DNA of 57,768 bases, counting the filler, from Streblomastix strix (taxonomy: Eukaryota): assembly GCA_008636045.1 (NCBI GenBank). It is 3 parts of 3 records of this genome, joined end to end, with 100 filler letters (N's around TTAATTAATTAA, not from the genome) between each part and the next. Parts side by side here need not be neighbours in the genome. Positions count along the whole stretch, not along the records: positions 1 to 19,191 come from SNRW01000535.1; 2 more parts are not named here. One strand, given 5' to 3'. The notes beneath the pieces were generated by a model, which saw only the letters and a program-made list of their open reading frames with translations, had not been told where the DNA came from and did not search any database. Shown here piece by piece: positions 1 through 13,500 of this stretch. The first letter of the stretch is position 1; the number at the start of each line of letters is the position of its first letter. The position numbers and the translations under genes are program-made.

Positions 1-3000
1 TTAAACAAAGAAGATTAAATAGAAGAAGAATTAAATGAAGGAAGTTAAGGAGAATAAAGTCTAGCAGGATAAGATTAAGATGAGAAGAGTGTTGGATCAG
101 TAGATTAAGCATCAAGAGCATCTGGATTGTCATCTGCATCAAGAAGAAGGAAGAAGAGAAAGAAGAAGAAGAAGAAGGCAATGTAACTGATTGAATAAAT
201 GGGAGAAGAAGGTGGAACTGGTTCAAGTGGATCTGGATCTGGTGGAAAAGGTGGTTCATCTGCTAAATCATTTGTCCCTTAATAGATTGTATTCTATGGT
301 CTTGCTATTATTAGTAGTATTGTTGGATATTTCGTAGTTGGAATATTCCTTTAAGGAGCTGAAGATGATGAAGCAAATCTTAATACTGTTAATGATGTAT
401 CAACAATTGTTGGATAATTGGCGATCTATTCAAAATATTTCTTCTTAAGATTAGCCAATGAAACTGGTGAAGATGATCCAGTAGATGTTGATGATCTGAT
501 TTATATGCCTTAGATGGATTTCATCAAATAGAGAATGTTAGAATTATCAAATTTATTAAATAATCTGACACGAACTGTTTATTACACACCTGACAGGAAA
601 CCTTGGGAAGTATAAGATTGTAATGTATTAAGTGTAACATATCAATTGGCTAAAGTTGCTGATGGTGCTTGGTTCACTAAGAAATCTCTTTATGATTCTG
701 TGAAGACATTTGAATAAGCAGCTATGGATGTTGCAACTAAGAGTATATAAGTATCTGATCCAAGTACTTCTGATCCTGGTGCATTAGATGATAGTTCTGT
801 AAGAAGTAGATTAGCAAATACTATTATTAATTTCCCAATTGCAATCATTGAAAGTGTGAAGAGATGCATTCGTGATTATAGAGTATGATTAATGAGCCTT
901 ATTAATTAGACACATTAATAATTATTTTATAAGATATAAATTAATTGCAGAATCAAAATAATAATTATTTATTGTTTTAATTTTATTAATATCAATATTA
1001 ATATTAATAGATTACACTGGATAAGAAACTTTTCTATGCATAAATAATTATTCTTGCAAACAATGTAGGATTTGTTCTCGTTGTAAGTCTATTCTATATG
1101 CTTGATATTATTTGGGTATTATATAATATAAATAAGCATTATGCAATATTATTTAATATTATTTAATATAATTATTATATAAATTCTACTATAATATAAA
1201 ATAAAAGGTATTTTATAATGCAAATAGTGATCGATAACGTACAATGTAACTTCTATTCAATGTACCTAAAACAGCCATACATTAAATAACAATGGCACTT
1301 CTTGCAGCAGAACAAGACTCAGAAGATGTAGAAAGAGCACCAGAAGGGAATTAAGGAGAGATAATTGGATAAGAAGAAGATAAGAAAGAAGAAGATAAAT
1401 AATTTGATGAAGTGAAGAAGGAAGATGAAGATAAAAAAGATTAGAAAGATAAAGATAAAGAAAAGAAGAAGAGTGAGAAGAAAGATAAAGAAAAGGATAA
1501 AGATAAAGATAAAGATAAGAGTAAAGATAAATAACAATTAGATGCTGGATAAACTAGTAATATAGTACCTGTTGTCCTTCCAGCTACATCTGCATCTACT
1601 TAAGGATAGAATATGAATGGATTAGTTGATCCAACATTTACTCCTCTTATATCTGTAATGTAATTGGATAATAAACTATCAAAAGATGGAAATGATGGAA
1701 ATATTGCAGATAATATTGGATAAGGTGTATAAGATACATAAGATATGAAATAAAGAAAGAAGAAATATAAATCGGATGATAAAACTAATGCAGATGATGA
1801 AAAAACACCATAAAAAGTATCAAATATGAATGTTACTGATACATCTGGAGTTGCTCCAACAATATTAACATCTCAATAAATGAATATGAATAATATGAAT
1901 TTAATGAATAACATGAATACTATGAACAATATGGGATTAAATATGAATATGAATATGAATAATGTAAATATGTTAAATTAAATGGGTATGAATATGAATA
2001 ACTTAGGAATGAATAATATGGGAATGATTAATATGAATCCATAGTAACAATAGTAATAGTAATTATTATTATAGTAATAGCAATTATAATTATAATAACA
2101 ACCTTAATGGATGATTGGGCCAAATGGTAAACCAATGATGTAAATGACATAAATGATGCCAGGATAGTAGAATATGAATAATATTGGGAATATGCAATTC
2201 ATGATGAATGGAGATACAAACTTTGTTGATGCACCATAAGATGGATAGACAATGTTATCAATGCCAATGTCTGGATCACCCTAATAATTAATGAATAGAT
2301 AAGGATTAATATAAATGAATAATATGAATAATAATCAGATTAAATAATCAACATCTCCGTTAAATAATACAACTAATTAGTAGAAGATTAAAGAGAGTGC
2401 TTATGATAAACCATCAACTGTAGAAGGAAATGGATAATAATTAAAGAATAAATAGGAATAAGATGGATCATAAGTTAAATAAAGATAAAATAATAATATT
2501 ACTTCTGGAGATAATAATGATGATAAGATCAAACAATCAGGACCTGATCCTAATTTTGATCCAGATGAAGAAGATGAAGATTATGATGAGAAGATGAGAG
2601 GTGTTATTAGAAATGCATTTAAAGATACTGAATGGGAAGAATAACTGGATGCTTCTGTTCAGAAGATGATGAATGCATTTAAAAGATTACCCAGTGCTGT
2701 TGGACATGCTCAAATATTGAGGATACTCTTTGCTGTATTTCTTTTCATTGCTGCAGGAATAATACCAGCTATTCTTATATTCATATTCTGTAGTAGGATC
2801 AAATAATATTCTGCTTCTGTTATGTTATCTGGATTTCGTGGAGTTCAATATCTTTAAGTTGTTCTATTTCTTCTTTAAATGGTTGCTAATAAAGGTGAAA
2901 TGGTGATGGATTAACTTCCAACTATTAATCCAGATGAATCAACAAGCTCTGTGATAAAAGATTTCACTTTCTTACAAACAGATAGAACTCATCTATAATA

Positions 3001-4066
3001 GATTGTATTATCATCATATACATTCCTATAATAACTCACTGAAGCAATTATTGAAGGAGATGGAGCTAAAGCTGATTGGACAAATGATACAAATCTATAA
3101 ACAGAAACAAAGCAATGTGATCCTTCTGTCACATTTGTAATGTTTGGAGGAGAAGAATATCAATGTCCATTTGATGATTAGACAATATGTGACAATAAAA
3201 CCAGAATATTCGATTATGATTATTTTGTGGGATTTGATCTCCTTAATGCCAGATTTGAGAGAAAGATGAAGAAATTCACAACAGAAGAAGACACTGGAGC
3301 TTTCACAATGACAGATCCAGATTTCCTTTTTGTTGTGACTGGAACTAACTTTGATCTATAGAAGCAGTATGATGCATATTAAAATGCATTCTCAGAATCA
3401 TTCATTGATGCAGTTAACTTATCTCAAATGGTTGATATGGTTGCAATGATTGTCTAAGTAGTAATGTATGTGCTAACATTTATATTGAGTGTGATTCCAC
3501 TGAAATCTGCACTATCATAAATACATGAAACAACATAAAAGTTAAGAATGTTACTTCCAGATAGTAGCACAACAGGAACTGCATTTGAAGAAGGTCTAAG
3601 AACTGGAGTTCATGTGTTGGATGTTGGAAGGAAGAAACTCTTTGAATTAGCTGGTCTAATATCTGAAGCTGTAGATACATACTAACCTCGTGGAGAAATC
3701 CATTCTCTATCATAAGAACTTCTATAATAAATGAGAATGCAATTTGCAATGGAAGAGAAGTTGATGGTATAAGTTAATTTTGCATCAGATGAAAAGAAAA
3801 AACACAGTGATGATCATCTTCTAATTCGACAACGTATGACACATCTTCTTGATTATCTTAGTGATCGAAATGATGCAGTTGTCTTTGGAGCTATTCCATT
3901 ATTCTCTTCACTTCTAACTCACCATTTCACGACTCTAGATTAAGAATTAGGATAATTTTATGCTAAAGAAACAGGAATTGATGTTGATGCAGCTGAAAAA
4001 GATAACTCAGAAGATGATAATGATGCGGAAGCTCAACCCAATGAAGCAGAATAGATGGCAGCTTGA
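1..4066 (+). CDS. 5'-partial multi-pass membrane protein (TmcB-like) with C-terminal hemerythrin-like domain; exons 1-882, 1011-1115, 1208-4066 (table 6)
   Basis: Frame is open when TAA/TAG=Gln. GT-AG introns 883-1010 and 1116-1207 keep phase. Hydrophobic segments include IVFYGLAIISSIVGYFVVGIFL and LRILFAVFLFIAAGIIPAILIFIF. C-terminus reads TGVHVLD..QFAMEEKLM..HSDDH..HFTTLD, then TGA 4064-4066. Confidence 0.75.
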
Positions 4067-4627
4067 AAAATCTTTTCATTATTTAATTGTCATATTCCAA
4101 CTTTTTCTTGTTACATTTATCATATACAACTTTTTTCCTATTTCTATTTATTTAATATTCCTTCCGTGATATATAGTTTAATAAATAATCATAATAAATT
4201 GAATAACAATCTTACTCATCTCTACATATTTGCTTTAAAAAAAAATTTATTCAAAAAAAGACAAATTTAATAACAGGAAAACAAGTTTCATTTTTTGATG
4301 GATATAACAATAAACTACTTACAGATTAATTTGCCATATAATCACAAAATCAAAATTCTTATATAAACTTTCCCTAATAGAACTGACAAAAACGCAAAAA
4401 ATTGAATTTCCTAGTGATCTCTAATGCAAATATTATTTTTTGCAATAATATTTTATATGTATATTTTTAACAGTCCTATTTACAATACTAAAACAGTCAA
4501 CTTCTCATGCAACTCGCAGAGAAATGATTATTTTTTATTTTTGGATTATATTTTGTTTTTCGATGTCATAAAGCTAAAATTTGTATTAATTAACTATTTT
4601 TTAATCATATTATATATTATATAGCAC

Positions 4628-6856
4628 ATGGATAACGAACTTGTTTAGAAAGCAATTCAATAGGTTGAGTACTACTTTGGGGATGAGAATCTTTCCTGTG
4701 ATGCATTTTTAAATGAAGAAATGAGAAGAAATGATGGTTGGATACCGCTTGCAACTATAATACGTTTTGCTCGTATCAAATAAATGAACATAGATATCGA
4801 TTTTCTATTTGCTGCCCTTCAGAAGTCGGAATAGCTCAGAGTCAAAGATTCACCCATGAGTGTTCAACGAAAGAATCCTTATACTGGTTCAATTCTCAAA
4901 GCTCTATAAAAGTTCAAGAATATTCCATATGAAAGTTTGATTGATGAGAATGGCACTTAAGAAGATTAAAGGACTCTCTAATTTGAGCAAGAGTTTACAA
5001 AAGAGAAAGAGAAGGAAAGCTTAACAAAAGAAGAGAATCCGTTACCTTTGCAATATTAATTTCTATTAAAATCACGATTAAACATTCCTCACGGATATAA
5101 AATAATGGAATAGAATGGATCAATACTTAAAAGAGTCCTTAGAAAAGGAGAAAATCCAGCATTACCTCCTGAATCAGGATAAATACAAACATCCAAATTA
5201 TTCACTGAAGCATCTTTTTATTGTCCATATAATGATCCCCGAATGCCAACACCTTATAGTGAAGTATTTTTAAGAACAATTGTTTATTTTACTTCATCAC
5301 GAGAGATTATATTAAAAGGACCTCAAGGGATTAGTTCTTTTGCTGATGCTAAGAATTTTATTCCATATGATTATAGTATCACAGATTTACACTAATTTCA
5401 AATGAATGCAACTTCCTGGAAGAAACAGCCTCAGATGCAGTTATTGGAATCATTAGTGAAGTACATGAGTAGAGGAGAAGTATCTGTATTTATCTGTTCA
5501 CCATAATTAGCTTCAGAAGTTATTAATCCAACAGCAAAAGAATAAAGCTAAGAAAGATGGATCAGTTTTAGAGTAGAATTACTTCATTGGATTCCTCATG
5601 CATGTCCAGAGCTTAAATCACAAGTTGGAGATGGAATTGAAAATGAATAAGAAGATGGATTGCATCAATTAAGATCAGCTCTTCTACTCGCAAGGGTTGA
5701 GAAGGATTCTGGAAACTCAATACTTCAGCATCGACCAAGAAAAGCTCTTCGAAGTTATCATCGATCTCTGAAATACTTCAATGATTGGAAGTTGTGGTGT
5801 GGAGAAGAATGGAGAGAATATGTCCTCTCTATGAGATAATACAATAAAGAGACTCGTAAAGCTGAAAGTGAAAGAGATTAATTATTGAATGAAGAAGAAA
5901 TCAGATAAAAGAGACAGAGGGAAAGATTGGATTAGGAGATTGATAGAAAGTTAGAAAGGAATGAAGAAAGAAAATGGGAGGATCTGACAAAAGATGATCA
6001 AATGCATGAAGATGATAATAATGAACCTGATACTGGACTATTTATTAATGATAAAGACAACAAACACAAAAATCAAACTAATTCTGAAATTGACAAAAAT
6101 GAAGAAGAATTAAATGAATTATCAGAACTTCATGAACCACAAAAGTCTGAAATTTTTTTGGGAGTCGAATCTTTAATTTCTGAAGCTCAGATGATAGTTT
6201 ATATGAACAGCGCTGTTGCATTATATAAAATCATTGAAAAGAATTTGGGAAGTATTAAAATTAGAGAAGAAAAAGAAATGGAAAGATTAATTGAAGAAGA
6301 AGAAATCACAAAGAAATAATCTGGGAAGAAACACAGAAAGAAATCTGAAAAGAAGGAAACCAAAAAAGAAACAAAAGTAGAAACGAAGAAAGAAGAAGAA
6401 ATAGATTAAGATCAAGATATGGATTGGGGAGATGTAAATGAAGGGAGTAAAATAATAATAAAAGAAAATATAGAAAAAGATGCAGAGGAGGGAATTGATG
6501 TTTGTACTCGAACTCTTCATTTGTCAGGTGTGCGTTAAACGTATATTGCATGTCTAAGAAATACAAGGAATGATATAGAAGGTGATAAGAACATCAAATT
6601 CGTAGTGAAAGCTCTTTATTACAGGCATTTATTTTTGTAAATTAGAAAGGGAATATCCGAAGTTGATTAGAATGCTGATTAAGAAGTTATAGAACAACTT
6701 CTAGAGGATTATGAAGATGCTGAAAGGGATTTAGAGCGTTTATTTAAAGTAGATCCATCAAAGCTAAGCACTGATATCTACACAAAATATTATTAGCCAC
6801 TTAAAACAAAAATCAAGAATATTCATTCTCTCTTAAAACACAAGAGTATCAATTGA
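4628..6856 (+). CDS. La-motif (winged HTH) + FKBP-like + TPR protein, 742 aa, intronless
   Basis: ATG 4628 and TGA 6854-6856 share a frame. N-terminus QVEYYFGDENLSCDAFL..DGWIPLATIIRFARIK is a La motif. ILKRVLRKGE..MSRGEVSVFICSP..FRVELLHW is FKBP-like. EKDSGN..KALRSYHRSL, VYMNSAVALYK and VKALYYR are TPR-like. Confidence 0.75.
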
Positions 6857-7546
6857 ATAAAATTATTTTTTATTTGCAATTTTAGAATATAATAAAAAAT
6901 TATTGATATTTCTATAATCATCAACTTATTCTTTATTTCTTGTTTTTTAATAAAAAGGGTAATTTAAGATCGTGCTGCTCTTGTCACTTGTCAAATACTC
7001 GTGATTTATAAGATCGTAAGGTTCGAGATCAACATTTCATATTCTACAATCTAATTCATATTGCATATCCACCGCAAAAATTGTAATTATGTCCTAGCGT
7101 CTTGCATCCTCTTATAAAATTTTTTTTGTGGGTATTTTGCCTTATACATAATTTTATTAACATATTTTGCAATAATGAATCATTTCTAATTCAATGCAAG
7201 ACCAGAAAATCTTGCGAATTTAAAACTATATAAAATCCGATAATAGCACAACGAACATGATACATTACTTTATATATTATCGCTATTTAGCCATTTAATT
7301 ATCTCATAAGCCGTTTGTACTATAAATTATATGCATGTAGCGACAGCAAGATGAAAGACAGCCTTATTTTTTATAAACCTCAAAAAAATGCTATTATTAC
7401 ATGATCGCAATTAATATTAAAATGCCTCAGGATCTTTAAATGACTAATAAATAAAATATAATAGAAATTTATCCACTTTAGTATAATTTAATAACACAAT
7501 AATTTATTTTAACTTATTTTTATTTTTCTTCTATATTATCAGTTTA

Positions 7547-10500
7547 ATGGAGCTAGAGAAGAAAATTCATGATTCTTGCTAAATTTTACGAAACTTTAGC
7601 AGTAGCAGTACAGATGGAGATGATATATCTAAAACCAAGGATGTTTTGAAGAACCTTCACACCATTGCAATTTAACTGAAGAAAAGAAATTTTTAGTTAT
7701 TTGCCGAGTATGCAGAATTGGCATTTCATTATAATTATATTTATTATAATATTTATTTTCAATAATTTTTTAAAGAGTATTTGAAAAAGACCTTTCTATC
7801 ACCATGCTTATATTGCTTTAATCTGAGTGTACAATAGAATACAAGACGCTTGTCTTGTTTTTATTTAGATACTTAGTTGAAAACTCAAGTCATGATGAGA
7901 TTAGAATTTATTTTGCAAATCACTACATTTACACCTTTTATGACCACATCAATATATATGCAAATGATGTACATGTATAAGAAATATGCTCAACTTTACG
8001 AGGGTTAAGTTCGAAGATAAGCTCTGACAATATGAATGAGTTGTTTAAAGATCGATTAACACTTAAAGTTCGAATTGAAGATTATTTATTATTATAATTA
8101 TTTTATTAATATTTATTTATTTAACCTTAATTATATTATATAACAGAACAAATAAGTTAGAACATTCCCTGTATTTGATATTGCAACGAGCTTTATAAAC
8201 TTTCCTGATGCTCAGCTTAACGGATAAAGTCGTGATATTATTAATAACATCATTAAGAAGGGATCTGAAGAAGTAATTGAATACATTTCTTAGCCATAAA
8301 ATCTCTTCTTTGAACAACTTGCTGTATATATATCTTCACTATGCTTTGATATTGGACTTCTTTCACAATTATAGCCACTTGATGCCCAATTTGGATTAGG
8401 AATGGCTCCATTTGATAAATAAGGCAGCAGATTCTGTGAAGAAGGAAGATCTTCAATCCTTCGTAAGTAATGCTTATCATCACCACTCTAACTCCAATCT
8501 CCAGAAACACGACGTGTTTTTGCTGCTCTGTTTGATGCTAGTGGTGAACGTAGTTGTTCGCTTGCTATATCATTTTAGAATACATCACCTTGTTCAATGT
8601 TTAGAACAATACGTGAAACAAGGAGATTGAAGAAGAATACATCAAAAATTAATTTTATTAATTACAATAGAAAAAATTCATAAACCACAAAAGATACTTA
8701 ATTGCTAGATTAAGAAGATAGCTCAGATAGTAGCATAGATGAAGATGAAGATGAAGAAGGAAATAGTAGTGAAGATGACTAAGAATAAGACACAAATGTA
8801 TTTTATGAAGAAGATGAAAGTTATTTTATCTAACTCCAGAATAAATCATTGAATCTTTAAGATCTTACAATGGATTTAGATGAAATACTTTAATTTGTAT
8901 CAGTGCTATTCAAACATTAGATATCACCAGTATCACACGCACTTACATAAGCACTCTGTCGGTGGTTATTTCTTCCATTGACTTCACAGTTCTGGCGTAT
9001 TTGGAGATTTAGCGATATTGATGCTCTTTTAATTCCAATACATAATTAACCAAAGAATAATTCTGATTAATAATAGGAATTGAATAGAGTTAAACCTTCT
9101 CCTCATTAATAAGGAAGATAAATAAATGGATCAATATAGACTGAAATTCGTGCTCAGAATATTCAGCATTAATAATTATTGCATCTTCAACTTATGTCAA
9201 CTATAACTAAAGTATCATCATTTCATTGGCCAGAAACACCACTGGATAATTCACACATTTAGTAAAACATAATAAAATTTAAAGATTAACTTTAATCATC
9301 ACCATCATAAGTTGTTTTCAGATTCTAGAGTCTATAAGACAATTAATTGATAAATAAAGCTCCCTAACAAACACAAATATAAACATTGTAAGATGTTTGT
9401 TATGAAGCTGTCTCTACTTTGAGAATGATTCCTACATCAGTCTGTCTATTTCTAATGACAAGAATCATTTCTACACAATTTCCTCCAATTATTATTCATT
9501 CATTGTGTTGATTACTTTCCATCTCACCAAAACCAAGGAGAAGACTATTTTGGATAGAAAGACTCAATGCAAAAGCTAAACGCGATTAAAAATTAAGATA
9601 ATTTAATATATAATAGGAACAATAGCGGATATCTTAAGCCACTTCTCTTATTTCCTCGTCTTCTCAACAATCAATTCACTCATAAAATAGATCATAACAA
9701 AGATCACCTCCACGAGGTTCATATTTAAATCTTTCGTAGGATTTACCATAACAAAAATCATCATTTCATAATTCTTAATAGAAATAAGATAAATTTGAAA
9801 ATTAAGAAGGTCATAAAGTAGATATTAAGTAAAAAGATGGAAAAAATGAAGTAAATAATAGTAATAATTAAGTAGAATATAGAATTCCTCCTTATACTCT
9901 TCTTTGCTCACTGCCAGATGCTGAGAAATTCTTATTTGAAACTAACAAAGATGACTAAATCTACATTGATGAATTATTATTTGATACTAATTAAAATGTA
10001 TAATATCCAAATAATTTAAATACAAGAAACAATTAGTAGAAAAATTCTTCATTTTCATTTAATGATGTCAATAAAACTGATTCAAATAATAATGATGCAG
10101 ACATTAATACATAAAAGAGTATGTGGGATTAATCATAAGTTGATACTAGACCATTTATATCTATTGCTGAAAATTTTGATAAAACAATAATTCCAACATC
10201 TAGATAAAATTAAGAGAACTACGAATAGAACAATTTTTAGAAATAAAGAAAAAAGAATGAAATTAATAAACCAGTTAAGAGTGGTGGAATAGGATTAGAT
10301 ATATTTCCACTCCCATGTTCACTTGGACTTGCATAGACAGAAGAACTGACAACGAATGCGATGAGTACAATTCCACAAGATTCAACTGTATAATCTAATC
10401 TTTAGCCTTTATCTCCTCATATAGAAAACCAATTATTAAATTAATTAAATACTGAATAAAATTCATAAATTGGAAATAATAATGCTGGAGTAAATTAGAC

Positions 10501-13500
10501 ATAACCTTAAAATTCTTCATCGCCAAAATAAGATTCGGCTACACAAAATGTAAATTAATAATCTATGATTCTAATCGACCCAAATGTTGTTGTAGATGTT
10601 GGAAGAATTCTAAAAGCTGAGATTGCAAAGAGAAATTAAATATTAAAAAAGAATAAAAATAATTAAATTGAAAGTTAGACATCTACTTCCATCATAACGC
10701 ATAACTAATAATAAAATTAATTTCTTTAAACATAATTTAATAAATTTTCTGATATTTCTATTTATAATCCACTTCTTGCAACTGCAATCACAGCCATACA
10801 AGAATCAATAAACTAAATTCACACATCCAGACTATTAATTAGTTTAGGAATTAATTTGGTACAAATTGCCGCAGAATAAAAGAGAATGCAATGGGAAATG
10901 AAAGCTAGATTATATGCAGAAGATGAATGGAATGAAGATATATAAGAAGATGAGAAAGATAAATAATAATAAATTGAAAAAGACTAGAAATAATCTGTTA
11001 ATAATGAAAAAGCTAATTTAGATGATCTTGATTCAAGTGAGAAAGATGAATGGGGTGAAAATGAAGATGAAATGGATATAAAAGAGGAAGAATCAGAATC
11101 GGAGAGCAATGAATAACTTTCTGTATCTGATAATTCAAGATCTACAATTTCTTCTTAAAATCCTTCTTCAAGTGTGACTCTGGATCAAAATAGCGACAGT
11201 CAATCACCAAAAACAGCAGTTTTTTCAAATGTCTCGCCATCAACAAATCATGTAATTTAAAGCACTGAAACTGGAAATAAATAATCAAATCCAACTTCGC
11301 CACTCAGTCAATTCTCACCAAAATAATTATAGCCTCCAATTCCTCCTCCTCCTCCGTTAACCATATCATAAAATTCATATTTATCATCAAATAATTAGAA
11401 TATTGATATTAATTAACCAACAAATGGTGTTTATTCAGTTAAATTACCTGCAGAATATATGTTGACTACAGTTGTTGATGAAACTGCCTAACTTATTGAA
11501 AGAAGAATTGCTCCAGTTAATGCTGTCTGTGCTATTGTTGGAGGAGAAGAGACATTATTAAAAATAACAAAAACATCAGCATATCAGAAATCTGAATAAT
11601 AATTATCATAATAACAATAACAATCGCCTTAACAATAATCATAAACTTCTCCACATATTTAACTTCCTTCACTTCATCTTGATTTACACCCAAAGTAAGA
11701 AATTAGCCCCAAAATATCAACAGAACGACTCCCTCCAGCTACACTACAACTTGCTGCTATTGTTGCCAGCTAAGACATTCCAAATCATTTCACTCATACC
11801 TCAATAAATAAAGCTAATAAAGGTAATAATAATCTATAAATACCAGCTCTATCACCTTAGTAAATTGTCTCAATGCTTGGCACAATGTTAGGAACAAGCG
11901 CATCTGCAACTGCTGCGCTTATTGCATCAATAAAAAAATTAGCACCTGTGGAAGGTATTAGAAGATTAATAATATAAAAGAAATGTTAGTAATCTAAATA
12001 AAAGGAATTTGACGAGAGAGAAAAATAGAGAAAGAAAAAAGAATAAATTGAAATTATAAAGAAATATAAACAAGAAAAAGAAGTAATATAACCAAATACC
12101 TCAAATTAAGACTAAGATAATGATATTTAGAATAATTCAGACGTAGATAGCAATTCTCTTTCATCCTTAACTGAAGAAGATATTCCATCCCATGTTCAAT
12201 AAATGTAGGATGAATGGGCACCAAAACTGAAGAATATGCACATGAAGAATGACATTCTTGCTTTAACTGTTTCTAGAATATTAACTTAACCTCCACGAAG
12301 ATTAAAACCGTCTCAAAATCAATTAAAATAAAATTCACAAAAGAGTTTAGATGGGTTAACTAATAATAACATAACAAATATTGCTCCAATTTAAACCAAT
12401 CTTTTACATGGAAAAAGCTCATAATCTTTATCTACAAAAACAAATACATTTAAAAGCAAATATCCAATTGCTTAAGCAAATATTTTTTCATAACTATAAT
12501 CAATTGCAACTAAATCGCATATGTCATATTCTGTAGCTGATGATACCCTTCCTCTTTCAATGCTTCTATTCTTAAGTTCAGTTTTGCATAATCCAAATAT
12601 ACCAAGACCATTTCTTAAAGAGATTGGATTACTCCCTGTTTATAGAGATGGATGGGACTACTAATAAAAGAAAGAGAAATAAATGGAAAGGGATTAAAAA
12701 AGAAAGTTAAAATATAAGAAGCGAAAATATGAAAGAAGGAAAAGAAAAATATTAAAGAATAAATAAAACAGAATATTGAAAAGGGAAATGAAATTATAAA
12801 ATAAAACAGAAGAAAATGTATATAAAAATGAAGTTAAATAAACACCATTGGAGAAAGAAGAAGAAAAATAAATCATTGATCAATAGAATAAAAGAGGTCG
12901 ATAGAAAGAGAGAGATCACGAAGGTGATGAACTGAAAGAAGGAAATATTAAAGTTAAAGAAACCATTTCATTGGATAAAACTCATTCTCCTGCAAAAATT
13001 TAAACGGCAACCATTCCACTTCGATCTACATCTCAAACCACTTTAAAATCTTCTACGTCTTAATTATAACTTTAAGGTTAATATTAATAATAATTGCACT
13101 TATAAACATTATCTGCAGTATATTCTCCAAAAAAATTAGAAAATTAAAATATTTAATCTCCCATTGTATCAGTTTCACCAGAGTTATCTTTAGAAACATT
13201 AGACTAGAATAAATTAATTGACTAAAACATTGGAAAAATAAAGCAAATAAATTTAGGAATGTAAAGTATTCTTTCAACATAAACTGGATTTAATATGAAT
13301 AACAGTATAAATATGAACAAGGGTCTGAATATTGGTTCTGGATTTGGAATTGGAATTGGAATTGGAATGAGTATGAGTGTCTGGGAATAGAGACCAATTG
13401 ATGTATCTTTTGTTCCTTTGACTGAAATGATGAGAAATGTCAAGAACACTTTTATGATTACAAAGAAGAAGTTGATAGAAGAGAAAAACAATTTGAAGAA

